DNA of 14,589 nucleotides from a virus (Duplodnaviria; Heunggongvirae; Uroviricota; Caudoviricetes): IMG/VR virus record IMGVR_UViG_2609459801_000008; one strand, 5' to 3'. Shown piece by piece: positions 14,411 to 14,589 of this stretch (position 1 is its first letter; each line of letters starts with the position of its first letter). The notes under the pieces were generated by a model. It saw only the letters and a program-made list of their open reading frames with translations, ran no database searches and was not told where the DNA came from. The position numbers and the translations under genes were made by a program.

Positions 14411-14589
14411 TATTGGCCTCCTGCATCAGGAGAAAGACAATCATGGCGGCGCGGAGAGGTCTGGTATCAAATATTGGGCTTACGCCTTTTGCATCCACAC
14501 ACCATTCAGTTAACTGGTCTAAGATAGAAATCCTGTATTTCTCAATAATCGGCCATGAAGCGCTCGGATCATTGCAGTAGTCAGGCAAA
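14403..14589 (-). CDS. Hypothetical nin-region protein, 3' end only (5' end outside window)
   Basis: Open frame runs to the window edge; the track's start is a TTG at the edge. No recognisable motif. Confidence 0.3.

Noticed and set aside
1-14589. CRISPR array, rRNA or integrase/attachment site
   Set aside because: No short direct-repeat/spacer periodicity, no rRNA-like conserved stretches and no integrase ORF are visible in the window.

Overview
This window reads as the late region of a mosaic, partly degraded lambdoid prophage of an enterobacterium (DLP12-like nin/Q/lysis genes joined to Rac-like trkG and tail genes), almost all transcribed on the minus strand. All identifications are from reading the sequence and recalling protein families; no database search was run. 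From right to left: a nin-region remnant, rusA, a ylcG-like small ORF and antiterminator Q; a candidate tR'-type terminator; an AT-rich cargo island of about 3 kb (Blc-like lipocalin lipoprotein on the plus strand, a DUF523/DUF1722 Fe-S protein, a short AraC-family regulator); an intact-looking lysis cassette (dual-start S21-type holin, SAR endolysin, Rz with embedded Rz1); the trkG potassium-transporter moron with its own terminator; a ParB-like nuclease-domain gene coupled to an unknown enzyme-like gene; then head-tail joining genes, major tail protein, a G/GT chaperone pair with an A_AAA_AAG slippery heptamer, and a tape measure gene whose 3' end is cut by IS1 (bases 1-331 are the 3' part of IS1). 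No terminase, portal, protease or capsid genes are present, and I found no tRNA, rRNA or CRISPR array. The two best candidates for an undescribed system are the Q-to-holin cargo island and the ParB-like/unknown-enzyme pair sitting where packaging genes are expected.
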